The translations under genes were made by a program, and so were the position numbers. Under the pieces are notes generated by a model. The model did no database searches and was not told the DNA's origin. It saw nothing but the letters and a program-made list of their open reading frames with translations. Of a stretch of 64,000 nucleotides of DNA, positions 52,640-64,000 are shown in pieces. Origin of the DNA: Octopus sinensis (lineage: Eukaryota); contig NC_043007.1 in assembly GCF_006345805.1 (NCBI RefSeq), forward strand, positions 37,386,001 through 37,450,000. Direction: 5' to 3'. Within the stretch, counting starts at the first letter, position 1; each line of letters opens with the position of its first letter.

Positions 52640-52739
52640 ATCTAGTTTCAAAATGTCACTTTTATATTGGAGGGCTTTACCGTTCAAATCTTGCACTGAT
52701 TGCACGGTCCACTGGCAAACTGCCCTAAAAAAAGATACA

Positions 52740-52884
52740 GAGTTGTTGTGGTCCTTCATGTTAGTGTTCATGTTGTCATTGTTGTTTTCCATTCAGTTTT
52801 TGTTGTTATTACTATAGTTACTGCATACATACTTCCGCTGTTCTTCTTGTTGGCTGTTGTTTCCGGTCTTGTTGTTCATACGCT

Positions 52885-52915
<31 letters not shown>

Positions 52916-53191
52916 TGTTGTTGTTAAACAACAAGATGGGTAAGGGTGATTAGGTGATGGTCTAGGGCTTAGGGGCGGGAGACCCCAGACCTTGGAAAAA
53001 GAAAAAAAAAACTTCGGTCGTCTTGTTGTAGTCGAGGGCTCTTCGTTGACGCCCGACACCACTGGGAGGTTACCATCGAAGTCGCTGGAAATGGAGATCT
53101 CCAGGTCCAAATTCTTGAACGGCTGTTGTTGCTGCTAACACTGTTGCTATCATTGTCATTTCTGCTACTTCTGTTGCTGCTACTGCTACTG

Positions 53192-53268
<77 letters not shown>

Positions 53269-53340
53269 ATTCTTGTACACATTGTTATCACTGTTGTACT
53301 AGTAATAGTTGTTTTCGTAGTTGTTATTGTCACTGGCATT
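52740..53340. repeat. Compound (GTT)n/(GCT)n trinucleotide tract
   Basis: Direct reading, including a long perfect CTG run around 53195-53268. Confidence 0.9.
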
Positions 53341-53468
53341 GCTGCTACTTGCATCTTTGCAAGTGTTGCTATCGTTATAGCAACAAGATTAAATTCTGTT
53401 GCTTTGTGTCGATAAATTACTTTTAACTCTGGCCTAAAACTGAATCGACAGAATGCTATTCACCGTCG

Positions 53469-53527
<59 letters not shown>

Positions 53528-53799
53528 CATTATTATTTTGTCGTATTCTGACATCGTTTAAAAATTGGAAAAAAATATACGAATTCTTGGTTTTGCACAA
53601 ATGGAAAATAAAAATCACAGAATTACACCCCACAAAAAGGGGTGTAATTGCTCAGAAATATTACCACCGTGATCCAAACAATGTTAGCAAAATAGTTATT
53701 TCAAAATAATTGACTGAACGGGTTTTAACCAACCGAAACAATTGATGAAACACTTAAGACTTAAGGGGCTCCAACTCTGTGTGTCTTCCCAGTGTGGCT

Positions 53800-53908
<109 letters not shown>

Positions 53909-54393
53909 CGATGATGATAATAATAATAATAATAATAATAAAAGATGGGTTACAGCAAATGTTCTGTTCAATACCACAGATTTGCTTGTCAGTTTGACCT
54001 TAACCAGTTGACCATGTCCCATAGTGGCTGACGATATGTGCATTTCTGATCATGCGCAGAAGTAGTGGGGGAGCATCATAGCCATGTGTTAAAAGGAATT
54101 CTTGGAGGTTTGGATAATTCACCTTTGGAAACATGGGTGATTCGTTCAACATCCTTAAAAAATCCTTATTCAGGGACCTTTTGAGGGTGATGGGCTACTC
54201 GACCAGAAGAAAATTCTAACTGGGCCCCACCTGCAAGGTCATGCGCTGTTTATCTTGATATGAGATCACCATGTCGCGTACATTAAGCATGTGCTTGGTG
54301 TACCCTTATCAGACGGGTAGCCATGAAGGGTATACTGGGCTTCGTATATTTTACCCCAGTGTCACTTTGATGGCATGCACTGCTCTCTCACTC

Positions 54394-54454
<61 letters not shown>

Positions 54455-55215
54455 GTAATAATAATCCTTTCCTCAATAGGCACAAGGCTTAAAGTTTGGG
54501 AAAGGGGACAGTCAATTACATGGACCTCAGTACACTGCTGGTATGTCATTTTTCGACCCTGAAAGGATGAAAAGTAAAGTAAACCTCGGCGAAATTTGAA
54601 CTCAGAACGTAAAGACAGACAAAATGCTGTTAAACATTTTGCCCAGCGCGGTAACGATTCTACCAGCTCGCTGCCTTTGATAATAATAATTACAACACCA
54701 GCAACGACGACAACAACAACAATAATAATAAACCTTTGTACTGGAAGCACAAGTTCTCAAATTTGGGGGAAAGATTAAGTCGATTACATCGACCCCAGTG
54801 CGTAACTGGTACTTATTGAATCTACCCCGAAAAGATGAAAGGCAAAGTCGACCTCGGCGGAATTTCAACTCAGAACGTAACAGCAGACGAAATACCTATT
54901 TCTTTACTACCCACAAGGGGCTAAACACAGAGAGGACAAACAAGGATAGACAGTGCGTAACTAGTCTTTGCTTTATCGACCTCGAAAGGATGAAAGGCAA
55001 AGTCGACCACGGCGGAATTTGAACTCAGAACGCAGCGGCAGACGAAATACCGCTAAGCATTAAGCCCGGTGAGCTAACGATTCTGCCAGCTCGCCGCCTA
55101 ATAATAATGATAATAATGCCAACAAGAACGACCACAACAGCAACAAGTACAACAAAATGAATAGCCAAAGAACCATAATGGTCTGTCTTTGCGCAAACGC
55201 ACGTCTCTGTTTGAG

Positions 55216-55267
<52 letters not shown>

Positions 55268-55316
55268 TGTGTGTGTGTGTGTGACCAGCAGCCAAAACTG
55301 CCTCAAATAGGACACA

Positions 55317-55615
55317 TCTTTATATATAAAAGTGAAGTTGTGTGAGTGTCTGTCTCCTACGATTTAGATTCCTAACTACTCCCACATTTTGCGGTGCAGT
55401 TTAACCAAAAGCGGGTATCTTATAGTCGTCATTCATATCGAGCTCTTCTGGGTATTAGCGCGCGCCTATGATGAGTCTACGATTTTAAAAAAATTTACCA
55501 TAATTTTTTCCCATTTTTGATGCATTTTTTGCTATTATATAAGGGAAGTAACTCTCTAAAATGCTTATATAGTTATTTCCCTTACAAACCGAGAAACACC
55601 GGGCGATACTGCTAG
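55317..55615 (+). mobile_element. Non-autonomous Helitron (299 bp), same family
   Basis: A|TCTTTATATATAAAAGTG...CACCGGGCGATACTGCTAG|T. Shares both ends with 20502-20997. Confidence 0.85.
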
Positions 55616-55730
55616 TTGTATAATATAGTAGGTTCTAGGTATTCTAGAGGAAGGGATGGCCACAAATTAATTTTCTGTACTCGAAAATTGACTCCAACAG
55701 GGCTGATCCGGTGCCATTCCTTACAACAGC

Positions 55731-55761
<31 letters not shown>

Positions 55762-55819
55762 GCAACAATAAACATAACGTCGTCCATGACGACGATGGCG
55801 ACAACGACTACACTATCAC

Positions 55820-55984
55820 CTGTATATCCCGTGTTAGTCATTGTTAAATTAGACGCTGTGGTCGAGTATCCCGAGAAAATCAGTTCATTGGTCCTCAGGT
55901 ATCTGGTGTCCTTAAGATAGATACTTATTGGCGATTGGTTTTTGCCACCGCACGAAGGATAATCTTCTTTCCAATCTTCGTTGT
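55820..55984 (-). CDS. Alpha-CA-related protein exon
   Basis: ttgcag|ACAACG...TATACAG|gtgata, 165 nt, phase 1-1. DNEDWKEDYPSCGGKNQSPISI...LTMTNTGYT is the alpha-CA W...YP.C.G..QSPI.I...NNGHT motif. Confidence 0.93.
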
Positions 55985-56575
55985 CTGCAAAGAAGACAAA
56001 AAAAAACAAAAAAAAAACGTAAAGCACATATAATACGCGCGCGCGCGTGCACACACACATACGTACACGCGCGCACAGGCAGGTAGAACAAACAAGTAAC
56101 ACACACACACATACACACATCATCATCATCATCATCATCGTCATCGTCATAATTGTTTAACGTCCGCTTTCCGTGCTGGCATGGGTCGGACGGTTTGACA
56201 GGAGTTAGCCAGGAAGAAGACTGAACCAGACTTCTGAGTCTGTTTTGGCATGGTTTTCACGGCTGGATGCCCTTCCTAACAGCCACCACCCACGCAGATC
56301 GGACTTAGTCCTTTTTACGTGGCACAAGCACAGGCGAGACCAGTTTTGGCATGATTAATAATTCAACCCGTTTATATTACTGGTATTCAATCAATCTCAT
56401 TAAATTCTCAACTCTAGGTTTTATCAAACTGTGTGCTACAACAGAGGTTCTCAGCGTAGGCGGTACCCTTCACAAAGGAGCACTGGTCATACCGAAGGAG
56501 TCGTTAAGCATTGGGGGGCTGTGAAGGGGTGGTGAGGGAGAGGAGGAGCGGTGAGGTAATATATTTACCTCACCG

Positions 56576-56731
56576 AGTGGCTGTGTGGTAAGTAGCTTGC
56601 TTACCAACCACATGGTTCCAGGTTCAGTCCCACTGCGTGGCACCTTGGGCAAGTGTCTTCTACTATAGCCTCGGGCCGACCAAAGCCTTGTGAGTGGATT
56701 TGGTAGATGGAAACTGAAAGAAGCCCGTCGC

Positions 56732-56797
<66 letters not shown>

Positions 56798-57030
56798 GTA
56801 TATGTGTGTGTGTTTGTGTGTCTGTGTTTGTCTCCCCAACATCGCTTGACAACCGATGCTGGTGTGTTTACGTCCCCGTAACTTAGCGGTTCGGCAAAAG
56901 AGACCGATAGAATAAGTACTAGGCTTACAAAGAATAAGTCCTGGGGTCGATTTGCTCGACTAAAGGCAGTGCTCCAGCATGGCCGCAGTCAAATGACTGA
57001 AACAAGTAAAAGAGTAAAAGAGAGTAAAGA
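56576..57030 (+). mobile_element. SINE family A
   Basis: Full-length copy with (GTAAAAGA)n tail. Confidence 0.88.
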
Positions 57031-57201
57031 GTATACTAACTTTTACCTCAAGTAGTATTTATATTCTGTTGTGTCTGGGGAGAGTCATTTTCTTTTTGTG
57101 CCTAATAATGTAACACACTTACCGTTATTTCTTATTTTTATTTTCCTAAAATTTTCGTTGTGTCTTGCAACCTTTTCAGTAGTCTTGACTCTGTCCGTTA
57201 T

Positions 57202-57286
57202 TTACACTGCATTCCTTCTTATACTGCGTTCCTTCTTACACTGTGCTCCTCCTTACACTGTGCTCCTTTCACTGTTCTTACACTGC
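57202..57286. repeat. 17-bp minisatellite (TTACACTGYGYTCCTYC), ~4.5 copies
   Basis: Direct reading. Confidence 0.75.
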
Positions 57287-57856
57287 GAAGGAACGCATAG
57301 GCCATGTGCCTCCGACCATATGTTTAGCTATATCCCGAATGATACTGCTACCACACAGAAAAAACATTCAATACTGCTATTAAAAAAAATAACATTCACA
57401 CCTAGTTGTCAAAGTCCCACCCAGATACAAGCATGTCGGACATCGTTTCTCTCTTCCCGTTCTAACGCCAATAGAACAGTTTCCGTTCATCCCAAAATGC
57501 AGAGACGGATAGGGAGGATGGAGCGAAGTTTCTCTTGCGGGATTGAGAAGGGGCGGACCTCAATCTCATCACGAGATTTTATACAGTCCTTTTTATTCAG
57601 AACCCGACATTCCTGTAATTTTCTTCGTATCCGTAATATGATCCTTTTGCATTCACTGGTCTATAGAATTTCATAACTGAATCGAACTCACCAATCTCGG
57701 AGACTTTGCAAAGACCGTCTGCTGCCAGAGACCTCTACTAATCAATAAAACACACAAGGCACACGCATATACACGCACACACATACATGCACAGAAGGGG
57801 TTAGGCAACCACCAAGTAATCACTAGGGAACAGTAGGAATAAAACATGCCACTTAC

Positions 57857-57874
57857 CATCATGATAGCTCCAAA
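57857..57874 (-). CDS. 18-nt micro-exon of the alpha-CA-related gene (xWSYHD)
   Basis: tttttaatttttgcag|TT TGG AGC TAT CAT GAT G|gtaagt. Strong splice sites, phase 1-1, supplies the conserved N-terminal W.Y motif in frame with the next exon. Confidence 0.82.
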
Positions 57875-58649
57875 CTGCAAAAATTAAAAAAATTTTAACT
57901 TGGAAAGCTGTGACAGCCATTTGCATCTGCAGCATTTGTAAGACTAGTAACTAAATGACTACAATAATTTCCATTCATCTTACAGTCGCACACACACACA
58001 CACACAAACATACACACTCACACATACATACAAACACACACTCACACACACACAAACACACACACAAGCACGCACACACACACACGCACATACACGCACG
58101 CACACACACAAACACACACACACGCACGCACAAACACATTAACACACACGCACACACACACGCACGTATACACACACACGCACACATACATACACACACA
58201 CACAAAAACACACACACACGCACGCGCGCGCACACACACACACACACATGCACAGACGCACGGGCGTGCTTCGCACCCATAACAGTAATGTCCTTTAAAC
58301 ATAGAAAACACAACTTTGTAAGTATGTATATATATACATATACATGCACACATACATGCACACATACATGCATACATACATATACATACTATTTCTTTAT
58401 TACCCACAAGGGGCTAAACACAGAGAGGACAAACAAGGACAGACAAACGGATTATTAAGTCGATTATATCGACCCCAGTGCGTAACTGGTACTTATTTAA
58501 TCGACCCCGAAAGGATGAAAGGCAAAGTCCACCTTGGCGGAATTTGAACTCAGAACGTAACGGCAGACGAAATACGGCAACGCATTTCGCCCGGCGTGCA
58601 AACATTTCTGCCAGCTCGACATACACACACACGTACGTGCAACACACAA

Positions 58650-58687
<38 letters not shown>

Positions 58688-58746
58688 GAAAAGGTACAAA
58701 TAATGGTCATTACATATTTTTCATTATTATAATAAATTTGACTTAC

Positions 58747-58830
58747 AGAGTGCGGAAGTCGAGAAAGGATCAGCAACGACTTTTTTTTTACCCCTTTTTT
58801 TCTCTGAACGATCGGGACGATAAAAAGCAC
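58747..58830 (-). CDS. Probable N-terminal exon of the alpha-CA-related gene
   Basis: ttttctag|GTGCTT...GCACTCT|gtaagt, 84 nt, phase 1-1, open in frame with the micro-exon (AFYRPDRSEKKRGKKKVVADPFSTSAL). No homology support. Confidence 0.55.
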
Positions 58831-59759
58831 CTAGAAAACAAATGCTACTTTCGTTAGAGTTATTTCTGGTTATGATCAAGCGGAACATTGAAAGAATGGT
58901 ACAGGCATGTGAAGGGGAGTGAAGAGAGGCAATAAGAACAAGCATAAAGTAAGTGGATGAGAGATTATGAGGAAAGAGGGAATGAAGTGAGGATTTGGAA
59001 AAGAAAGGAAGAGAAGAAGGAATAGAAAAAAACAGGATAGGAGACATTATTCAGTAGAAAAATGGGAAGATGTTGACCGAAACTGAGGAATGTATATATA
59101 TATAAACGATAAGTAGCTTTGCGTAAACCATTGTCCGTTTTGTTCTCTTATTTAATTATCATCTTATAATCATATCATAATAATGACCTTTTTGACTCGT
59201 ATTACTACCTCAGTCAATCTAAATGTATATATTTGTTGTTAACTGTCATAAATAGTCTTTTTTAATTTGCAATGTGCATTTTCGTTGATTTTTCATATTT
59301 TACATTTCCGCGTGTATTTTATATTTTCTTTTTGTAACATATTTCTACTATGTATGTATATATATATATATATATGGAGAGTTCACGAAAAAAACAAAAG
59401 ACAAAGGCAGGTGGTGTAGAAAACAAACAGATGTATTAATTAGTATAACGCTCAGGAATTGAAAAAGTCTTTTACGTTTCGAGCCAACGCTCTTCTACAG
59501 AAAGAAACAAGGATATATATTATATACATTTTTATTATTTTTAAAATTATTTTTGTTATTTACTTCATCTTTACTTTTTATTGTTATTTAAATTTTAACT
59601 TTTCTATTATATGTAATTTTCTAGATGGTGTAATTTAAGAATTGATAAAAGGTGGTTTTTTTTCTAATATTTTTTATATATTTATTACAATGTGTGGAAT
59701 TTGATTTAGTATTTCTAAATTGAATTCTATTTCCTTGTAAGTTTGGATTTTATTCCCTC

Positions 59760-59780
59760 AAATAATAATAATAATAATAA

Positions 59781-59825
<45 letters not shown>

Positions 59826-59890
59826 TATATATATTATATATATACATATATATATATACATACATATATGTATACATATATATATAATAC

Positions 59891-59948
<58 letters not shown>

Positions 59949-59953
59949 TACTA

Positions 59954-59987
<34 letters not shown>

Positions 59988-60001
59988 CATACACACATAT
60001 A

Positions 60002-60040
<39 letters not shown>

Positions 60041-60083
60041 TACATATGTATATATATATACATATATACACACACACACACAC

Positions 60084-60139
<56 letters not shown>

Positions 60140-60140
60140 T
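59760..60140. repeat. Compound (TAA)n/(TA)n/(CA)n microsatellite
   Basis: Direct reading. Confidence 0.95.
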
Positions 60141-60835
60141 CAAGAAGTATATTTGCCATCTTAAGGGTTAGCCACATTTAGGTGGCAAATATACTTCACG
60201 CGGCTACTGTTGATACCTCGCTCAGAGATTTATTATTGCTTATATATATATATGTATATATATATATATAGGAAAAACTAAAAAGGAGACAAACGCTCAA
60301 GATGTTGTTAAACTATTTATATCTTCATATCATCGACATATTACGATTGATGCACCCGACAGGATGAATAATGGTCAGCATCAAATAGACATTTTAACAG
60401 ATATTTCTGTTAAAATGTCTATTTGGCGAGCACTTCTGTTTATATCCTCCCTGATAAGATTGATGCATTGCTGATCATTATTCATCCTGTCAGATGTATT
60501 TTGCATGCATCCATCGAAATGTATGTCGATGATATGAAGGTATAAATGATTTAATAACATCTTGAGCGTTTGTCGCCTTTTAAAATTTTTTCTATTTCCT
60601 CCTAAATATGCCTCGCTTATCCTCGGAATCAAATCCCACACACGTGTGACCATTGTTTTCTAGGACACTTAAGCAACATTTAGCTACCTTGTAATTATTC
60701 CCCCTGGATCTTTCGTATAAACTGTACACTCGTATAATATATATATATATATATATGGTCGCAGACGTGGCTGCGTGGTAAGAAGCTTGCTTCCTAACCA
60801 CAAGGTTCAGGGTTCAGTGAACTACAATACTCTCC

Positions 60836-60866
<31 letters not shown>

Positions 60867-60883
60867 CTATATATATATATATA

Positions 60884-60934
<51 letters not shown>

Positions 60935-60939
60935 ATACA

Positions 60940-60971
60940 CTAGCTTAAGGTGACCCGCTCTACGCGCGGGT
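60940..60971 (-). mobile_element. Helitron 3' end remnant (different family)
   Basis: Minus strand ACCCGC-gcgtaga-GCGGGT hairpin, 9 nt, then CTAG. Confidence 0.5.
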
Positions 60972-62174
60972 AAGAGTGTGGTTGTTATTTTCTGTTGCAT
61001 CCTTTCGGCACGTAAAAAGCACCATCCGAACGTGGCCGATGGCAGCGCCACCTTGACTGGCTTCTGTGCCGGTGGCACGTAAAAAGCACCAACCGATCGT
61101 GGCCGCTGCCAGCGCCCCTCCCCCCGTGGCACCTGTATCGGTGGCATGAAAAAAGCACCCACTACACTCACGGAGTGGTTGGCGTTAGGAAGGGCATCCA
61201 GCTGTAGAAACACTGCCAGATCAGACTGGAGCCTGGTGCAGCTCCTGGCTTCTCAGATCCCGGTCAAACCGTCCAACCCATGCTAGCATGAAAACGGACG
61301 TAAAACGATGATGATGATGATGATGATGATGATTCTCCCTCTTTGTTTCTCTCTCCTTTCTCTCTCCCTTTCCCACTCTCTTACTCTTCCTTTCTCTCGG
61401 ACTCTCCCTAGATTCCTCTTACTCTCTATCTTTATCTATCTCTCTCCCACTTATAAACAACAAAAGATCTTGAGTAAGTTGAGAAAGAAAGCAGTTTGAA
61501 AGATCAATCATAAATATCAGGCAGCGACAACGGAAAGGTCTGCTTCAAGGCAGAAAGCAAAACACTAACATTTAAAAGGGACAGACGAACTTGTGAGCTG
61601 AATAAAAATAATAAAATATTGGAAACCAAAGTTTGAAAGGATAGAATCTGAGGATAGTAGAGTCACCATGGCTGGCATTTCTTAACGACGGACAGTAACA
61701 TAGTGGCAATTTAACAGCTGGCGTAAAATTTTGAACTTGATGTAAAAGAAAATTCCTAAACACCAAGCTTTGAAGTGATTCTTTCTCACGACAGTAGACT
61801 CACCATGGCAAGCATTCAAAACTTCTTCATCATGGACGTCAACACATTGACGATTTAAAGGCTGGCGCAAATTATTTAGCTTCATGTAACAGAGAATTCC
61901 TAAACACCTGCTCCTGTAAATTTTAATCCCCTTCGAGCCCCATTTAGACCTCTTTTCACATTTTGGTTAATATAACCCGATTTCATTCGGGTCTACCCGG
62001 GTCACATTTTATAATATGAGGAATTTTGTCCTAGAGGTCACGCCTTTCATTTGAGGAAAAAAATAGTTGTCATGCAAACTCGGCAGCACTTTTAACATAA
62101 GTGTGCATATTTTCAGCACAACCGACCACATAATGCACACATTATATATATATATATATATACGCATTATATAT

Positions 62175-63155
62175 TGTTACGGACCACCCTCGCTCAGTCG
62201 AACGGAGAATTCGCCACACAGAGAGGACTCGGTGGGGGTGGCAGTGGCGAACACAACAACCGGCGACCGGAGATATGGCAACAACAACAACAACAACAAC
62301 AAGAGATACAGATACAAGGAGAGACGGCGGAAGGCAATTGGCTACATTTAAACACAGTTTATGACAATCATTACAACATCAAATACATTTAAAGAAAACA
62401 ACAGGTATACAACAGATCAAAGCATTTAAACATGCAGATACAATAAAACAACAGCATTTAAACAGTACACGTCGAATCAAACAAATAAGTTCAGATCAAA
62501 TAATGTTCACGATACGTTCAAAGTCCTTCAAAGTCTTTACAATCTCATTTCTTTAGCACTGTTCTTTATAACACATCAACAAGTCCTTTACTCAATTCTG
62601 TAACAGTTCGTTATAATCTCTTTACATAATTCACATATCAACACAATTCACAATGTTCGTTATAATCCCTTTATCCAGCACATCAACTCTTTTACAATTC
62701 AACATCAATACAACAATTCACATTACAATTCAACAACACATACCGTTTCAATTTCTAGTTACAACTCCTACTACAATAGCCATGCCTTCTATCCGCCGTA
62801 ATCCCTCTCTCTCGCTCTACATGTTCCTAATGCTTATCTGTCTGTCTTCCTCAGCGTTGTCATCCTCTCGCCATCGCCACCTTCTTGGCTGCTGTCGTTT
62901 TGCCAACCGACTGCCTCCTCCGGCCCCTTTTGCTGTCTCAGGCAGAACTACCTGTTGCCAACTCACTCTGTTCCCGACTGAACAACAGACTCACATCTCC
63001 CTGCTTTTTAAGGGGTTTCCTCGAACTTTCCTTGACCGGCACAAGGCCAAAGGTCCCCTCAAAGCTCATTACTCCTTCGTGAATCTGACAGAACAATGGA
63101 TTTATTCCAAAAGTAGGTCGCAATCAACTGTCCTTAAATTGAACCATTCATAACA
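62175..63155 (-). mobile_element. 3' LTR (981 bp) of a Gypsy-like element
   Basis: TGTTA...TAACA termini. Polypurine tract AGGTAGGGGTAG immediately 5' on the minus strand (63156-63167). Confidence 0.8.
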
Positions 63156-63194
63156 CTACCCCTACCTAAGCTTTGTCGACCCGAGAAAAGCACA

Positions 63195-64000
63195 CTAAAC
63201 TCGTACCTCCGAGGGCGAGCTCCAGCAGATGTTCCAGGAACTGGAGGTCTCCCTGGGTGGTTTCTCCTCCGGGAGTCTCGCCTCCCACGGCCACCACTTC
63301 ACCACCGGCCACAGGTTGGCATCTTCCCTCTGCGGCTTGGGTAACACCTCCGCCGAGGCCGCGAGGCCTCCTACGAGACGCCTACAATGGACGCCCCGCC
63401 CGAGGGAGTTCCTTAGCTCCCTCACACAAGCAGGGTCCGGCCAATCCTTCACAGTGGCCACCTTCCTCAGGGCTCTATACCCCACGTAGCGCCTTGCTGT
63501 GTCGTCTCCATTCTGCACAACTAAGGCCGACGACCAGGGACCGTTCCGCCCTTTCACTGTTCCCCGTCGCCGATATCTCTTCTTTCGCTGCCGTACTGGG
63601 ACCATCCTCCGGCCCCGCTGCCTCCTCAAGCGACGACCGCCCGGGTCGATGAAACGCCCTGCGTCCTCCACCAACAACCGAGTGCCAACCAAGCACCGGC
63701 GACTCCCTGCGGACCGCCTCCGCAACTGCATCGGTAGACCACCATCTCCTTCAACTGCATCACTGTATTGGCAGAACTGGCCCTGCCGCTGGTTCACCGC
63801 CCGGCGCAGTTCCACGATTTGCCCTCTACAAATCGCCTGCGCAGCCTTCAATAAATCGGCCGACCCAACCAGCGCTCTGTCAACTTCTGCCTCTACCAGG
63901 GTCCAGCCGACCCTCACTTGGGCTTTCAGCATGCACTGCCTATCGGGCTCCACCAGCCCCAAGCAACCATCGAATACAAAGCTCACCCGAGTGCCAACCA
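63195..64000 (-). pseudogene. Degenerate Gypsy pol-derived ORF (runs off window)
   Basis: KVATVKDWPDPACVRELRNSLGRGVHCRRLVGGLA corresponds to the Gypsy K..av.dWP.P..v.elR.FLG...yYRRf..gfa segment. No YxDD visible. Confidence 0.65.

Noticed and set aside
52793-53110. ORF LEISISSDFDGNLPVVSG... as the missing CA exon
   Set aside because: No phase-1 acceptor in that frame and no H/F-H-W-G or GSEH motif. The phase-1 frame (AVQEFGPGDLHFQRLRW) stops after 17 codons.
57071-57676. 201-aa + strand ORF
   Set aside because: No recognisable motif, GTG start, includes a minisatellite, and is antisense within an intron.
57692-57737. Exon-like segment with GTGAGT donor between the micro-exon and the next exon
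   Set aside because: Available acceptors give 41, 43 or 46 nt, none frame-preserving between phase-1 neighbours, and no CA similarity.

Overview
AT-rich, repeat-dense animal genomic DNA. The SINE and microsatellite landscape resembles octopus or another coleoid cephalopod (inference from recalled repeat families, not from a search). Two intron-containing genes converge tail-to-tail, both reconstructed by hand from GT-AG exons that join in frame. (1) + strand: the last six coding exons of a pellino E3 ubiquitin ligase (1743-13701; FHA core plus C-terminal RING-like domain). Its 5' exons lie upstream of the window. (2) - strand: an alpha-carbonic anhydrase-family gene (30846 to at least 58830). 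It has Gln at the predicted third zinc-ligand position (CA10/CA11-like, probably non-catalytic), a hydrophobic GPI-signal-like tail and an 18-nt micro-exon. The exon that should carry H94/H96 and GSEH was not found and may lie in the N gap at 50051-50150. The rest is transposon debris: several tRNA-type SINE families, RTE, CR1, Tx1/L1, R4/Dong and CRE-like LINE fragments, Penelope-like GIY-YIG fragments, mariner and DD37D elements, hAT and TTAA MITEs, Helitrons, a solo LTR nested in a mariner, and a Gypsy-like LTR element at the right edge. The most striking unexplained structure is a set of type I hammerhead ribozyme motifs. Several have intact cores and sit in long head-to-head inverted repeats inside one intron of the CA-like gene (39957-41344).
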